Shown one piece after another: positions 51,770-64,000 of a stretch of 64,000 nt of DNA; positions within the stretch are counted from its first letter, which is position 1; each line of letters starts with the position of its first letter. The position numbers were made by a program, and so were the translations under genes. Source of the stretch: Camelus ferus (lineage: Eukaryota); NCBI RefSeq assembly GCF_009834535.1, contig NC_045697.1, positions 50,160,001 to 50,224,000 on the forward strand. Reading direction: 5' to 3'. A model generated the notes under the pieces. That model had not been told where the DNA came from. It ran no database searches and saw nothing but the letters and a program-made list of their open reading frames with translations.

Positions 51770-53190
51770 TTTCCAATACTTTGAATAAAAGTGGCGAGAG
51801 TGGACATCCTTATCGTGTTCCTGATCTTAGAGGAAATGCTTTCAGCTTTTCACCACTGAGAATAACGTTAGCTGTGGGTTTGTCATATATGGAGTTTATT
51901 ATGGTGAGGTATGTTCCCTCTATGCCCACTTTCTGGAGTGTTTTTTTTTTTTTATCACAAATGGATGCTGAATTATCAAAAGCTTTTTCTGCATCTATTT
52001 GGATGATCATATGGTTTTTATTCTTCAGTTTGCTACTGTGGTGTATCACATTGATTGATTTGCGGATATTGAAAAATCTTCGCATCGCTGCGATAAATCC
52101 CACTTGATCATAGTATATGATCCTTTTAATGCACTGTTGGAGTCAATTTGCTAGTATCTTGTTGAGGATTTTTGCTCTTATATTCATAAGTGATATTGGC
52201 CTGTAATTTTCTTTTTGTTATATCTTCGTCTGATTTTGGTATCAGGGTCATGGCCTCATAGGATGAATTCGGAAGTTTTCCTTCCTCTGTAGTTTTTTGG
52301 AATAGTTTCAGAAGGCGAGGTATTAACTCTTCTCTGAATGTTTGGTAGAATTCCCCTGAGAAGCCGTCTGGTCCTGGACTTTTGTTTGTTGGGAGCTTTT
52401 TAATTACTGATTCAATTTCAGTGCTGATAATTGGTCTGTTCACATTTCCTACTTCTTCCTGATTCAATCTGGGGAGATTGTAGCTTTCTAAGAAGCTGTC
52501 CATTCCTTCTAGGTTTTCCATTGTATTAGCAGATAGTTGCTCACAGTGGTAGCCTCTTCTGATCCTTTGTATTTCAGTGGTGTCAACTGTAACTTCTTCT
52601 TTTTTCATTTCTGGTTTTATTAGCTTGGGCCCTCTCCCTTTTTTTCTTGATAAGTCTGGCTAAAGATTTATCAATTTTGTTTATCTTTTCAGAGAAACAG
52701 CTTTTAGTTTCATTAATCCTTTCTATTTTTATTTGTCTCTATTTCATTTATTTCTGCTCTAATCTTTATGATTTCTTCTACTAACTTTGAGTTTTGTTTG
52801 TTCTTCTTTCTCTAGTTGTTTTAGGTGTAAGTTTAGGTTGTTTACTTGAGATTTTTCTTGTTTCCTGAGGTAGGCTTATATCACTATAAACTTCCCTCTG
52901 AGAACTGCTTTTGCTGTGTGCCATAGGTTTTGGATCATTGTGTTTTCATTTTCATTTGTTTCTAGGTATGTTTTGATTTCTTCTTTGATTTATTCAGAAA
53001 TCCACTGGTTGTTTAGTAGCATATTGTTTAGTCTTCACATGTTTGGGATTTTTGTTTTTTTCTTGTAGTTGATTTCTCTCAGAGTGTTGTGGTTGGAAAG
53101 GATGTTGGAAAAGATGCTTGGTATTTCAATTTTCTTAAATTTACTGAGGCTTGCTTTGTGGGCCAATATGTGATCTATCCTGGAGAATGT
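51770..53190 (-). mobile_element. L1 ORF2 internal fragment (end of endonuclease to RT), disrupted
   Basis: ORF-track peptides [45 protein letters not shown] and [12 protein letters not shown]; frameshifts and stops; no 3' UTR or poly(A). Confidence 0.95.
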
Positions 53191-53439
53191 AAAAATACAT
53201 TTCAGCAGCAACATTTTTTTCATGGTAATATTATTATTTCACGTGACAGTACATGTTTGAAATTAAACTTGTCATTTTTGTAAACTACCTTCAAATCCTA
53301 ATTCAACTGATTAAATATTACCAAAAACTGATAACAGGCACATAAACAAAAGTGTTGTAAGTGCGGGGAGGGTGGAGAGGAGAACACGAGATAGTGTATT
53401 TCTTCAAGTACACAAAAAATTATAATAAAAAGCTGAATG

Positions 53440-53720
53440 AGTTTCATTCATTCATCCAATGAATATTCAGCATTACTATACGCACATCATTAGAGCTGTG
53501 GATAAAAGGATGAGACAGACAGTCCACGTTCCCAGGAATTTTACTCTATAGTAGAGAAGGTGAGAGTTTTACATGTACAAATGATGCCTTGCCAGCATGC
53601 ACCAGGGACTGAAGGGATTAGGGAAGACTTCTCAGAGGAGGTGGCATTTATCTAGGCCTGGAAGAATGAGTGGGATGTGAGAGGCAAGTATAGATGAGAA
53701 GGTTCAAGTGCCTGGGCTAG
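53440..53720 (-). mobile_element. L2 3' fragment
   Basis: TTTCATTCATTCATCCAATGAATATT...GGGAAGACTTCTCAGAGGAGGTGGCATTT. Confidence 0.7.
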
Positions 53721-54289
53721 TGCAGATGAGAGCACAGGGGAGTCTATGACTGGTTAGGGATGAATATGCTCGCTTAAACCAGGTATCTAAAGCAGTCTAG
53801 GAATGCCCTGGCACGATATTCATGTGGACTACGATGATGAACAGGACAAGTGTACATGTAGCCAAGAGGAGTGTCTGCTACCAAATGAAGTGTATTCTGC
53901 CCAATAGGTCAAAATGTTCTTTAAGACTTCTATGGTCAGAGGGGGCATATGGTACCAGTGCATGCCGTGAGGAGTACACCATAAATCAGAGGTACCATGT
54001 AAATTGATACCCAAGAATACAATGAGTTATCAACAGTGATACACCACATTATCAACAGTGACACTCTGCAGCCTGGGGCAAAAAGAAAAATGTGAGTCCC
54101 TATGACAAAATATCCTCCTACATTTTGAACCATGAAAAGAAAGTTAATAAAAATTCTGTAATGAAAAAACTTGACCAAATATGTGGGGAAAAAAATGACT
54201 AATATATAAAGGCCTGTATTGCCCTCACTCTTCACATGCACTGGTCAGCCCTCATAAACTTGCCCTGACGGGGACCTCATGAAAGCAGG

Positions 54290-54521
54290 CTGATTTGAGG
54301 CAGACTGTTTCCACTGTATAATATATAATTCAAGATTGTAAAATAAATAGCCACTGCTTATTTTTATTTATAATTTTGACAGTTTATTCATCATGGGCTT
54401 TTTGCATTTATTTTGATTTTAAAAATCACATTGCATGTTATTTATCTTGAATCTTATGTCTCATTGGCCTCCTTAAATTTTGGCAAGTGAGAGCCTCACT
54501 CTCACTCTAATCCCAGTGCTG
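54290..54521. mobile_element. MER96B-like hAT element
   Basis: End CCTTAAATTTTGGCAAGTGAGAGCCTCACT...CTAATCCCAGTGCTG. Confidence 0.5.
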
Positions 54522-54848
54522 ATATCGACAAAAGGCAGGGAAGGGACTAAACTCAGCAGGCCCTACATGCAATTTTCCATAAACAAACAACCACAAACAA
54601 AATCTTCACTATGACTTAATGAATTTTATATTTCATTATTCCTGCTAACATTCTAGAGATTTAATATAAAGTTCTTAGGATTAAATTTAAATGTGAACTC
54701 CATTCCTGGCTTATGAAAGGACTTTGAGCAAATCACCTGCATATACTTAGCCTCAGTTTCTTAGTCTGTAAATATGATAGAATAATACCCACTCCACCAC
54801 AGACTGGTGGTAAGCTTGATTGAAATACTGTTCATGAAAGCCTCTGGC

Positions 54849-54969
54849 CAGGGCCAGCTTTATGGGCATTTGACCTGTGTAGCACATGGGCCCTATGCTG
54901 AGAATGGTGCCCAGTATTTTCATTTGGCACTGAACTGCACTTTATATATGTATATATATAAACATTCAC

Positions 54970-55017
<48 letters not shown>

Positions 55018-55045
55018 CCTATCTATCTATCTATAGTTGGTCCTG
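54849..55045 (+). mobile_element. MER91A-like hAT-Tip100 element carrying a (TATC)n array, next to a MIR (about 54690-54848)
   Basis: CAGGGCCAGCTTTATGGGC...GACCTGTG...TTTTCATTTGGCACTG...TAGTTGGTCCTG. Confidence 0.6.
54972..55032 (+). repeat. (TATC)n microsatellite with one TACC interruption
   Basis: Seen directly. Confidence 0.97.
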
Positions 55046-56044
55046 GTCACTGCAGAATAAGCATTCAGAAAGCATTGGTGGGCCTGGCTATATTGTACTT
55101 AATTTGTGGGCACACACATGTTTACTGAGCATTTGTCTTGTGCTCAGACATGAGGATATGGGAGTTTAAAGAAAACACTGCATTAGTTACGGCCCTTGCT
55201 TCCTGTTTAGGGGAACCAGAATGAAATGGAAGGAGAGAATAGAGACATTTGGGAAGTTCTAACTGATAGTGACTATAAATGCAATAGCATTTTGGAGAAG
55301 ACAAAGTTCCTTTCCTCTTTTTGAATTGTCCATCAACACTGGGAGACATACCCAGTCCAGGAAGGAGCTCCCCAGTCCTCAGAGCTCTATTACCGTCCAT
55401 TAAGAGTGGGGGTCTTCCCTGCCCGTGCCAGAGTGATCCGCTGTAAGGCAGGCAGCCCCTTCAGCACTTTCACTCCCTGTGGGTCAAATTCAGCCAAGGA
55501 TGGCCTTCTATAACTCTCAGATCATCATGCCCCATCCTTATGGGGATCCATTAGTCAGCACCTTCTAGGGGTTTTGAGTCTCTGAGGGATCACATTTCAC
55601 CAGATTCTTGTCCCCTCCTCCCAAACCATTTTCCAAGCAACAGGGTTGCTTTCACTTTTTCAACACCTGAAACATGAAAAGTCCATTTCTTTAATCTTAT
55701 CAAGCAATAAAATTGAATGGAATCTAGACACAAAGTCTGGCTTATGATTTCATCAGTTTGATTCCTCATTCCTCTAGTAACTTTTCTTTTTCAAGGTCGT
55801 ACAAGAGCTGGTAACCTCCTGGGCCAAAAAGGCCAAAAGTTTAAGATCACAAAATCCTGCCAACTCCTGGAAGGGAAGAGAAATATATTTATGCAATCTC
55901 TAGCAGCACATCTGTCCACTATGAGTTAACAATGCAATTTTATTTCCCAAAGGATCACCCAGTGACATCCCGAATAAGTCACCCTTCCCCATAGATGAGG
56001 CAGAAGGTATTAATTACAGTATAAAGAGTTGTCATGTGGCAGGT

Positions 56045-56345
56045 TTAAAAAAATATTATTGAGATATAATTGACACATGGTGTTGTATTAGGTTTTGGTA
56101 TACAGCGTAGACTTGATGTGTCTATATATTGCATAACGATCACCGCTATACTTTTAATTAACATCTGTCATCTCACATAGGTACAGAAACTTTTTTCTTG
56201 TAATGAGAACTTTTAAAATCTGCTCTCTTAGTAACTTTTAAAAATAGAATACAGTATTGTTAACTACAGTCACCTTGCTGCACATTATATCCCCAGACTT
56301 AGCTTATAATTGGAAGTTTGTACCTTTTGGCCACGTTCAACCATT
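56045..56345 (-). mobile_element. L1 3'-end fragment (L1MA9-like)
   Basis: TTATTGAGATATAATTGACA...GAGAACTTTTAAAATCTGCTCTCTTAG...TGGAAGTTTGTACCTTTTG. Confidence 0.85.
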
Positions 56346-56829
56346 TCTTATTTTCTGATTTTTTTTGTGTCTTTAGAATTGGTCTTTAGCTTCCTGTAGA
56401 AAGGTTCAAGCTTGCAATCTAACCCTTTTCCCGCTGGGTCACTGTCTGTGTGAGATGCTCTGAGTGACCTAAATAGTCCACCTTGAAGAGATGGCCAGCC
56501 TGTCTGTGACCAGGAGATACAGGGGTACTCATTCTCTTCTTGTTCTAGATGCTGCCTCACCTACTTTTGCTTAAAGCAATCCGTGCTGGACAGCCCTGTG
56601 GTGTACCCATTTCATCTCTGAAAAGATTTCTGTGAATATTCCCTAACTCTTCAAGTTAAGAACAGGTAGAGAGGAATTTGGACCCAGTCAGCATCATGTT
56701 GGGCCCTCACAGGGACTCCCATTCTTTACCTTTTCCCTCTTTACCTGCCCCCTCATAGCATTCTGCCTTCAAGTACCCTCTCCCCTCCCTGTTCTCTGGG
56801 ATCAGTTCCTCTTTCCTAATCAAGGCCCA

Positions 56830-58400
56830 GGGCAGTCTACAGATTTAATGTAATCACTATAAAAATACCAAGGACATGTTTCAAAGAACTAGAGCAAATC
56901 ATTTTAAAATTTGTATGGAAGCACAAAGGACCCTGAATAGCCAAGGCAATCTTGAGAAAGAAGAACAGAGCTTGAGGAGTCACATTCCCTGATTTAGGGC
57001 TATGTACAGTAATCAAAACAGTATGGTATTGGCACCAAAAGAGACACATTGACCCATGGAACAGAATAGACAGCCCAGAAATAAACACATGCACATATGG
57101 TCAATTAATCTATGACAGAGGAGGCAAGAATATGCAGTCGAGAAAAGACAGTCTCTTCAATAAGTGGTGCTGGGAAAACTGGACAGCTCCATGTAAAAGA
57201 ATGAAGTTGGAACATTCTGTAACACCATATACAAAAATAAACTCAGAATGAATTAAAGACCTAAATGTAAGATGGGAAACCATAAAATTCCTAAAAGAAA
57301 ACGTAGTGGAAAATTCTTTGATATAAATTGTAGCAATGTTTTTTGGATCTGTTTCCTAAAGCAAAGGAAATAAAAGCAAAAATAAACAAATGGGACCTAA
57401 TTAAACTTAAAGATTTTGCACAGTAAAAGAAACCATAGAAAAAAACAAAAAGACAACCTACTGAATATGAGAAAATACTTGTAAATGATATGGCCAATAA
57501 AGGGTTACTATCCAAAATATATAAACTGCTCATACAACTCAGCATCAAGAAAACAAAAAATCTAATTTAAAAATGGGCAGAAGGCCTGAAGAGACAATTT
57601 TCCAAGGAGGATGTCCAGATGGCTAACAGGCACATGAAAAGATGCTCAACATCATTAATCATCAGAGAAATGCAAATCAAAATCACTGTGAGATATCACC
57701 TCACACCTGTTAGAATGACTATTATCAAAAACAAACACAAATAACAAATGTTGATGAGGATGTGGAGAAAAGGAAACCCTCGTACACTGTTGATGGGGTG
57801 TAGATTGGTCCAGCCACTGTAGAAAACAGTACAGAGGTTCTCAAAAAATCAGGAAAACAACTGCCATCTGATCCAGTAGTTCTACTCCTGGGTATATATC
57901 CAAAGAAAATGAGGACACTAATTTGAAAAGGTACATGAACCCCAATGTTCATAACCATATTTATGGTTGTCAAGATATGGAAGCAAATTAAGTGTCCATC
58001 AACAAATGAGTGGATAAAGAAAATATGGTATACACATATATGTGGTATACATATATACACAATGGAATACTACTCAGCCATAAAAAGAATGAAATTTTGC
58101 CATTTGCAGGAATCTAAGGGTAAGACAAGTAGACTCACAGATGTGGAGAACAGTGGAGAGAAGGTGAGGGACAGGCAGGACATGGAGGGGGATTGGAGGA
58201 GCAGACTGCTGTGTATGGAATTAAGAAGCTACATGGATGTATTGTGCAGTACAGGGAATACAGACAACATTTTGTGGTACCTATAGGTGAAATGTAACTT
58301 TTAAATGCTGTATATCATTGTGTTGTACACCTGGAATTCATATAGTATTGTACATCAGTTATACCTCAATTTTTTAAAAAGACCAAAAAAAAAAAAAAAA
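56830..58400 (+). mobile_element. 5'-truncated L1 (ORF2 C-terminus, 3' UTR, poly(A))
   Basis: Decayed [11 protein letters not shown]...KTVWYWH...KWCWENW...KCPSTNEWIKKIWY; A-tail at about 58376-58400. Confidence 0.95.
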
Positions 58401-58659
58401 CCCATGTATACACATAATTAAAAAAAGAAAACCAAAACCTCTCAGTCTCCTCAGGTCCTTCTGGCGTCTGACAAGTTTAGCAGCCTTAGCCATCGAATGC
58501 CTATGTCTTTTCACAAATAGGATGGGCCTTGTCTTGGGGTTGGTGCACTTCCTTCCAATCCCCTCCCTAGACAAGGTGGAGAAATATGAAGGGCTTTCAC
58601 TATTTCCCTATTAAGCATCTAACCAAGCAAGAATGTCTTGCTAAGAATTCTTGAGCTCT

Positions 58660-59110
58660 ACTGGATGGGAATGACAAAAGGTTTTGAGCAGGCCAGTGAC
58701 ATGATAATCTATATCATTTAGGAAGATAATTCTATAGGGATGTGAGCAGTAAACTGGAAAGCTTAGAAGTGGAAGAAGAAATGACAGGAGCTGGAATTGA
58801 GAGGAGTAACATAAAGGCTGTGATAGACTTACGGCATTTTGGTGAAAGAATCAACACGATTTTGTGATCTGTTGAATTTGGGGGTGTGAAAGAGGAAAGC
58901 GAGCAGACTGATAGTTGCAAACTGATGACCAGGCAGTTCTTGGTGTGATTGAGATACGAATTGAAAGACGAGGTGAAGGTTTGGTGAGGTAGTAACATAA
59001 TGACCTTGGTTTCCAAAAATGAGATGTTGAGGACTCTGGGAACATCTTTGTAGGGAACTCAGCAAGCAACTGGGATTGTAAACCTGGAGATCAAGAAAAA
59101 AGCCAGGTCA
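58660..59110 (-). mobile_element. L2 fragment
   Basis: GGTTTTGAGCAGGCCAGTGACATGAT...TTTAGGAAGATAATTCT. Confidence 0.6.
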
Positions 59111-59177
59111 AAAACAAGAGGAGGCTTGAGCAGGAGAAAGACATAATGGAATAGCAGCCTCAAGAAGAATCATCCAA

Positions 59178-59683
59178 TAAAGAAGCTGTGGTATATCTAT
59201 ACAAGGAATAGTACTCAGCCATAAATGAGAATAAAATAATACCACTGGAACCAACATGGATGGACCTGGAGATCATCATTCTAAGTGAAGTAAGCCAGAG
59301 AGAGAAAGGAAAAGATACCATATGATATCACTTATGTGGAACCTCAAATATGACACAAATGAATTTATTTACAAAACAGAAACAGACTCACAGACATAGA
59401 AAACAAGCTTATGGTTACCAGCAGGGGGAAGAGGGTGGGAAGGGATAAATCGGGAGTTCAAGATTTGCAGATACTAACTACTATGTATAAAACAGATAAT
59501 CACAAGTTTATACTGTACAGCACAGAGAACTATATTCAATATCTTGTAGTAACTTGTGGTGAAAAATATGAAAACAAATATATGTATGTTCATGTATGAT
59601 TGAAACATTATACTGCACACCAGAAATTGACACAACATTGTAAACTAACTATAACTCAGTGAAAAAAGAAAAATAAAAATAAA
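59178..59683 (+). mobile_element. Young 5'-truncated L1 with a perfect 16-bp TSD
   Basis: AAGAAGAATCATCCAA at 59162-59177 and 59684-59699; L1 3' UTR ending CCAGAAATTGACACAACATTGTAAACT plus an A-rich tail. Confidence 0.93.
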
Positions 59684-62274
59684 AAGAAGAATCATCCAAG
59701 AGTACTAAAGATGAACTAAAGTGCCCAGGTGCTCGGGTCATGAGGAGCTGGGAGGATCTACAGCATCTTGATGTGCAGTAATGCGGTGAAAGTGGAAATG
59801 GAGCGATAAGGGGTAAAGCTTAGATCCGCTTCAAAAGAAAAAAATTGCCGGATTTGACATCATGACAGCAAGAAAGAGGTGAGGGGGGAGCTGACTTTAG
59901 GGAGAGAAGGTAGGTTCTACTGTACATTCATTGGGTTTCGGGTTGTCTATAGAACATCTAAATTAAGATGTCTTGCTAGTGGTCACAATATCCAAAGCAC
60001 ACACAAGGGCTGAAAATAAAGATTTTGCAAATAGGTGGAGCCTCCACAAGTGAATGGCATTTCACTACAAATATAGACAGCACACTTAGCCATCAAAGGT
60101 GCTATGAAATCCTTGAAAAGAGATGAAAATTTGTGTGTGTTACAATAAAAAAAATGCAACTTACACTCCAAATTGATTGTGCAGGAAAAAAATCTAATAA
60201 ATTAATTCAGTCCATTACTGATTAATTTTTCTCCCTTGAATGCTCACATGCTAGTAAGTGGGAAAGCCAGCTAATGAAACATTCAGTCTGGGTTAAACTT
60301 AGCCCAACTGTAATGTAAAAAGCACCTTCCAGAAACTTTCTGAATCCCTTGGAATAAGAAGTTGAGGCTTTCAGTGAGTGGCCGTCTCCTCCTGCTTCTC
60401 TCATGAAGGTGGTATGCAGGGGATGAGGAAAAGGGACCTACCTCATGTGGGTCCTTGGACTGTTCCGGCACGTATCCACTGCTGTCAGGGGGCATGTCCC
60501 CTGGCCTGACTGCAATGTGTTCGGCTGGCTTTGGATGCTGAATTCCGAGGCAGGTGACCTCACCATCCTATCTGATGGCCCAGGCATGATCTCAGGGAGC
60601 AGCAACTATCCTTTCTTGCTGACGTGACTTCTCATATCTTATTGTCTTCTATCCCCTCCTCCCTGACCTGGCCTCTGACCCAGTGGTCCCTCACAGCCTC
60701 CACAGTGTTATCTCACTCTGCTGCAACAGGCCACATGACAGAGCGACTAGCTCTCAACTCAGCTACAAAGAAACTGATGCCTACAGGGAAATGAAGCTTT
60801 CTGGATGGGGGTAGCTGACTATCAAGACAGAGAAGACAGGGGCAGGGTTGTGTACTCGTGAAGCAAAAGGAGAAAAGTGAAATTTAAAATTAATACTCCC
60901 CCCACCAATATATGCTTATGTCATTTTCCTAGGTTGAAGGTCTTTAGCTAATCAGACCCTCAGAGTGATCTCTCCTGCCCTCAAGTGTTAAGAACCTCTA
61001 TAGAGATAAAGGTGGAAAAGTTTGGGTAAAGCCTTGAAGGGAGCAACCACTGGAGAAGAAAGAGGGCCCAGCCATGGAGCAGAAGGAAAGACCAGGGATG
61101 GGACGAGAACAAAGCAAGTGCATTGTGAGGAAAACCAAATGAACAGAGGAAGGGAACGAGTTGGGGACAGTGACCTGTGGTGGCTTGTGCTACTAGGACG
61201 AAACTAAGAAAAAGTCAGAGGTTTCTATCTGTTCTCTAGAAAATATGGGAAGTTTTCCACCCTTTTGCAGACAGGACCTCTTGGAGTAAAGCTCCCAAGA
61301 GTCAGCTCTTTGTAGATGACAAAGCATATGCACAATATACACTTGTTACACTGGTTTAACTCAAATAGAGACCTGGCAGGAGAAGCAGGGTTAACGGTGA
61401 TGGTGGGTGATGGTGGGACAGAATGGTGAGGATGATTTGAGATTTGGATGCACTGAGGTGTTTTGTAAATGCTTGGCTGAGAAGCCTAAGAAGGGACCTC
61501 TGGTCAGTCAGGGTCACTGGGTATATACGTTTCAGACAGGCTTGTTGTCTGATTTAACTGGTTGAAATGGAGCTTCTCTTCATAATCATACTATGTTGAA
61601 TAATACACATGGCAGCCCTCAGGGAGTCTAGAACAGAAGACTTTGGGGAGTAAGAACGTGTCAATGTTGATCCAGCCTTGTCCGAGGGCAGCGTCTGGCC
61701 TCCCCCGGGGCATTCTCCCTGTGTGTGCTCCATCATCTTAGAATTACCTTTTCCTTTCCTCTGTTCCGCTCTGCAGTGCAGGGCAGAGAACTGGAGCCCG
61801 GTTTTCCGGAATCCTTTTCTTCTTATGGCTCCACATCAAATTCGGAAGATGGGAGGAAAGAGAAGCTCTTTCTCTCCAGCAGCAGTTCTAATTGACAGAT
61901 GACAGACATAAGGTGTGCAGTGCTTTCCACATGCTTTCCTGAGAATCACGTGCCTTGAGCTATAGCTTTCCTGGCCTTTGACTCCCTAACTCTTCCAGGG
62001 GTTGTCTGGGTGTCTAATTTCCTGCAGAAAAACCCTTCCAGATGGAAACCCAGGGGAGTTCTGTTTCCCTGATGGAACTCAGAATGAGGCATTGGAGCAA
62101 TGACAAAAATATCAACTTCCTTTTGCTTTAATTATTACCCTCTTATATTTATTATTAGTTGAATTGAATTATTCAACTAATTATTATTATTTCCCATAAT
62201 AATTTCAATGATCATTGTTTAATAATTGATCATTTTAATTATTATTATTTCCCAGAGACATTAATGCCAAAAAA

Positions 62275-62645
62275 TTATTGTCTTCACCTAAAAGCAGACT
62301 TTGAGATGAGCACTTGGGAAGTAACTATTTATTTGGGAACAAGTTCTAGGATATACCAGTGAGGAATTGGGAAAATGAGGCAGAGAAGCTCCAGAAGAGC
62401 ATGTTAGTGAGAGAATTACTGCTGTAGACAACCAATGAGCTTAATTCCTCTTGGGTCCACTGAGGAACCGTGTGGAATACCCCTCAGAAGCGTCCCACCA
62501 AGGCTTGTGTCAAGATGGCATTTTTGTCCACAGACATCTGTCCCTCATCAGCTGAGGGTTAAACACCTTGTATTTTGGGGTTGTCCTGATCACATGTAGA
62601 GATATGTGATGCTGGAGAAAGCCTTCAGGCAGAGAAGCAGAGAGA
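62275..62645 (-). mobile_element. ERVL LTR (LTR16-like)
   Basis: AAGCAGACTTTGAGATGAG...TTTATTTGGGAA resembles the reverse complement of LTR16 3' ends. Confidence 0.55.
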
Positions 62646-64000
62646 TGGAGTCATGTGACGGGGGGATGGTAGCATTTCTAAATCTGTGAGACTGACGTCC
62701 AGGTGGTGGTGGTGGTTTTGGCACATGGCTTCCCTGCAATTCTGCCAGCCTCTCGCTTCTGCTTCACTGCAGTGACAGGAGTAGAAGTCAGAGTGCAGAA
62801 GGATAAGAGAGGTGGAGAAAGGAGTGGGTATAGCAAGACATCCTAGGAGTCTGAATGCAAGCAGTGGAAATGGCTAGACTTTAGTAGGGTCCTCAGAGAA
62901 AATCCACACACCACATCTGTGTTTATTCCCTTCCTCCTTCCTTCCTGCCCTTCTTCTCATCTTCTCTCCCTCTTCCTCCTCCTCCTGTTCTTATAATTAG
63001 TTTTAATTGAATTCATCTTTCTGATAATGCCTACCTCAAAGTTTAAGAAACCAACTCAGTTATTTTTAAAGGTTTCAGCCTTAGAGTTCCCACAAAATAA
63101 AATAATATTCCTTCTTCTAAATGACCTCTCTCCAGACTGCTTTCCCCCCTTCTCGGCTGAGCAAAAGCAATCACCTGCCTTTAGCAAATACACACAGAAT
63201 TGCCCAACAAGTGTAGGTTGCCATGGAAACCAAACCAAGAGAGAATAGAGAGAGAAAAGGCTGAATATTAAGGAGTTGTTTGGCCTCAGTGACATTTTCC
63301 TAAAAAAAAAAAAATTCTTTTGTCTTTGAAGATGTGAACCCCAGTTCCTTTTCAGAGATATACCAGGTGACTCCTAACGACACCCCTAACCCTTAGTTTC
63401 TGTGCAGGTTAGTACTTTTTCACCAATCTTTCCTCTACTTCTTTTTCCCCTTTTTCAGGAGCTTATGAAAAAGCAATTGCAAATGACCTCTGGTGGCAGC
63501 ATGTGCTGGTGGAAGTGATGCGGTAGACAGGACAAGGGATTTAAAGTCAGACAGACCTGGGTGTGCATTTCAGCTTTTTGGTGATATTTTCCCATCAGCA
63601 TTTTGACATTGGAGACGCTACTTAAGTGTATCTTGACAATTTATTCTGTCAGTTGAAATGCTCTCATTTTGTTTTGAAAAGAAGAAGAGCACTTCAAGGA
63701 CCTGTGCATTTTCCCCTACACATCTTATTGCTCATATTCCAATCTGAGACAGATTTCCTGTTAAAAAGCATCATTTGCTTAGTGCTATAGTTAAAATATT
63801 CTGACCTAAGAAATTCAGAGTGACAAGAATTCCCACCTATTTCTCCATATCTCAGATACTTCTCAGGAAATTCATCTTCACTGCAAGGACCAAGGAACAT
63901 TATTATCAATGGTAATATTATTATATCAATTAGCCAAATATTGTTTCTTGAAGTTTCAAGGAGGCGGTTTTTACTGGAACTTAGGGAAGCATCAGGGGGT

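Noticed and set aside
51700..58286. L1-derived ORFs as functional retrotransposon genes
   Set aside because: Multiple stops, frameshifts and truncations; no ORF1 or 5' UTR
1..64000. CRISPR arrays, tRNA/rRNA genes, prokaryotic or viral systems, a second protein-coding gene
   Set aside because: No repeat-spacer arrays, structural RNA signatures, dense coding blocks or additional exon chains were visible

Overview
Mammalian (non-ruminant artiodactyl-like, possibly camelid) genomic DNA containing one complete, intact gene on the + strand: betacellulin (BTC), an EGF-family ErbB ligand. It has five coding exons (12368-12431, 28883-28981, 36864-36981, 41665-41811, 43529-43637; 537 nt = 178 aa + stop), a wholly non-coding exon 6 from 45101, and a CpG-island promoter at about 11830-12850. 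Deduced protein: MARVAPGSSASKLPLLLALALGLVILHYVIADGNSTRSPGEDGLLCGDLGENCPATTTQPKRRGHFSRCPRQYKHYCIKGRCRFVVAEQTPSCVCEEGYAGARCERVDLFYLRGDRGQILVICLIAVMVIFIILVVGVCTCCHPLRKHRKRRKKEEEMETLGKDATPINEDIQETSIA. The rest is intronic or intergenic DNA rich in ancient repeats (MIR, L2, L3/CR1, ERVL/MaLR LTRs, MER DNA transposons), L1 fragments and microsatellites. Repeat family names come from recalled consensus similarity, not from a search, and repeat boundaries are approximate. I found no evidence of a previously undescribed biological system. The best leads are an ISRE-like element just upstream of the BTC start codon, a twin-primed 5'-inverted L1 with target-site duplication, two opposed L1 ORF2 halves that could mark a local inversion, splice and polyadenylation options in BTC, and an RFX/FOX/CTCF motif cluster near the window end.
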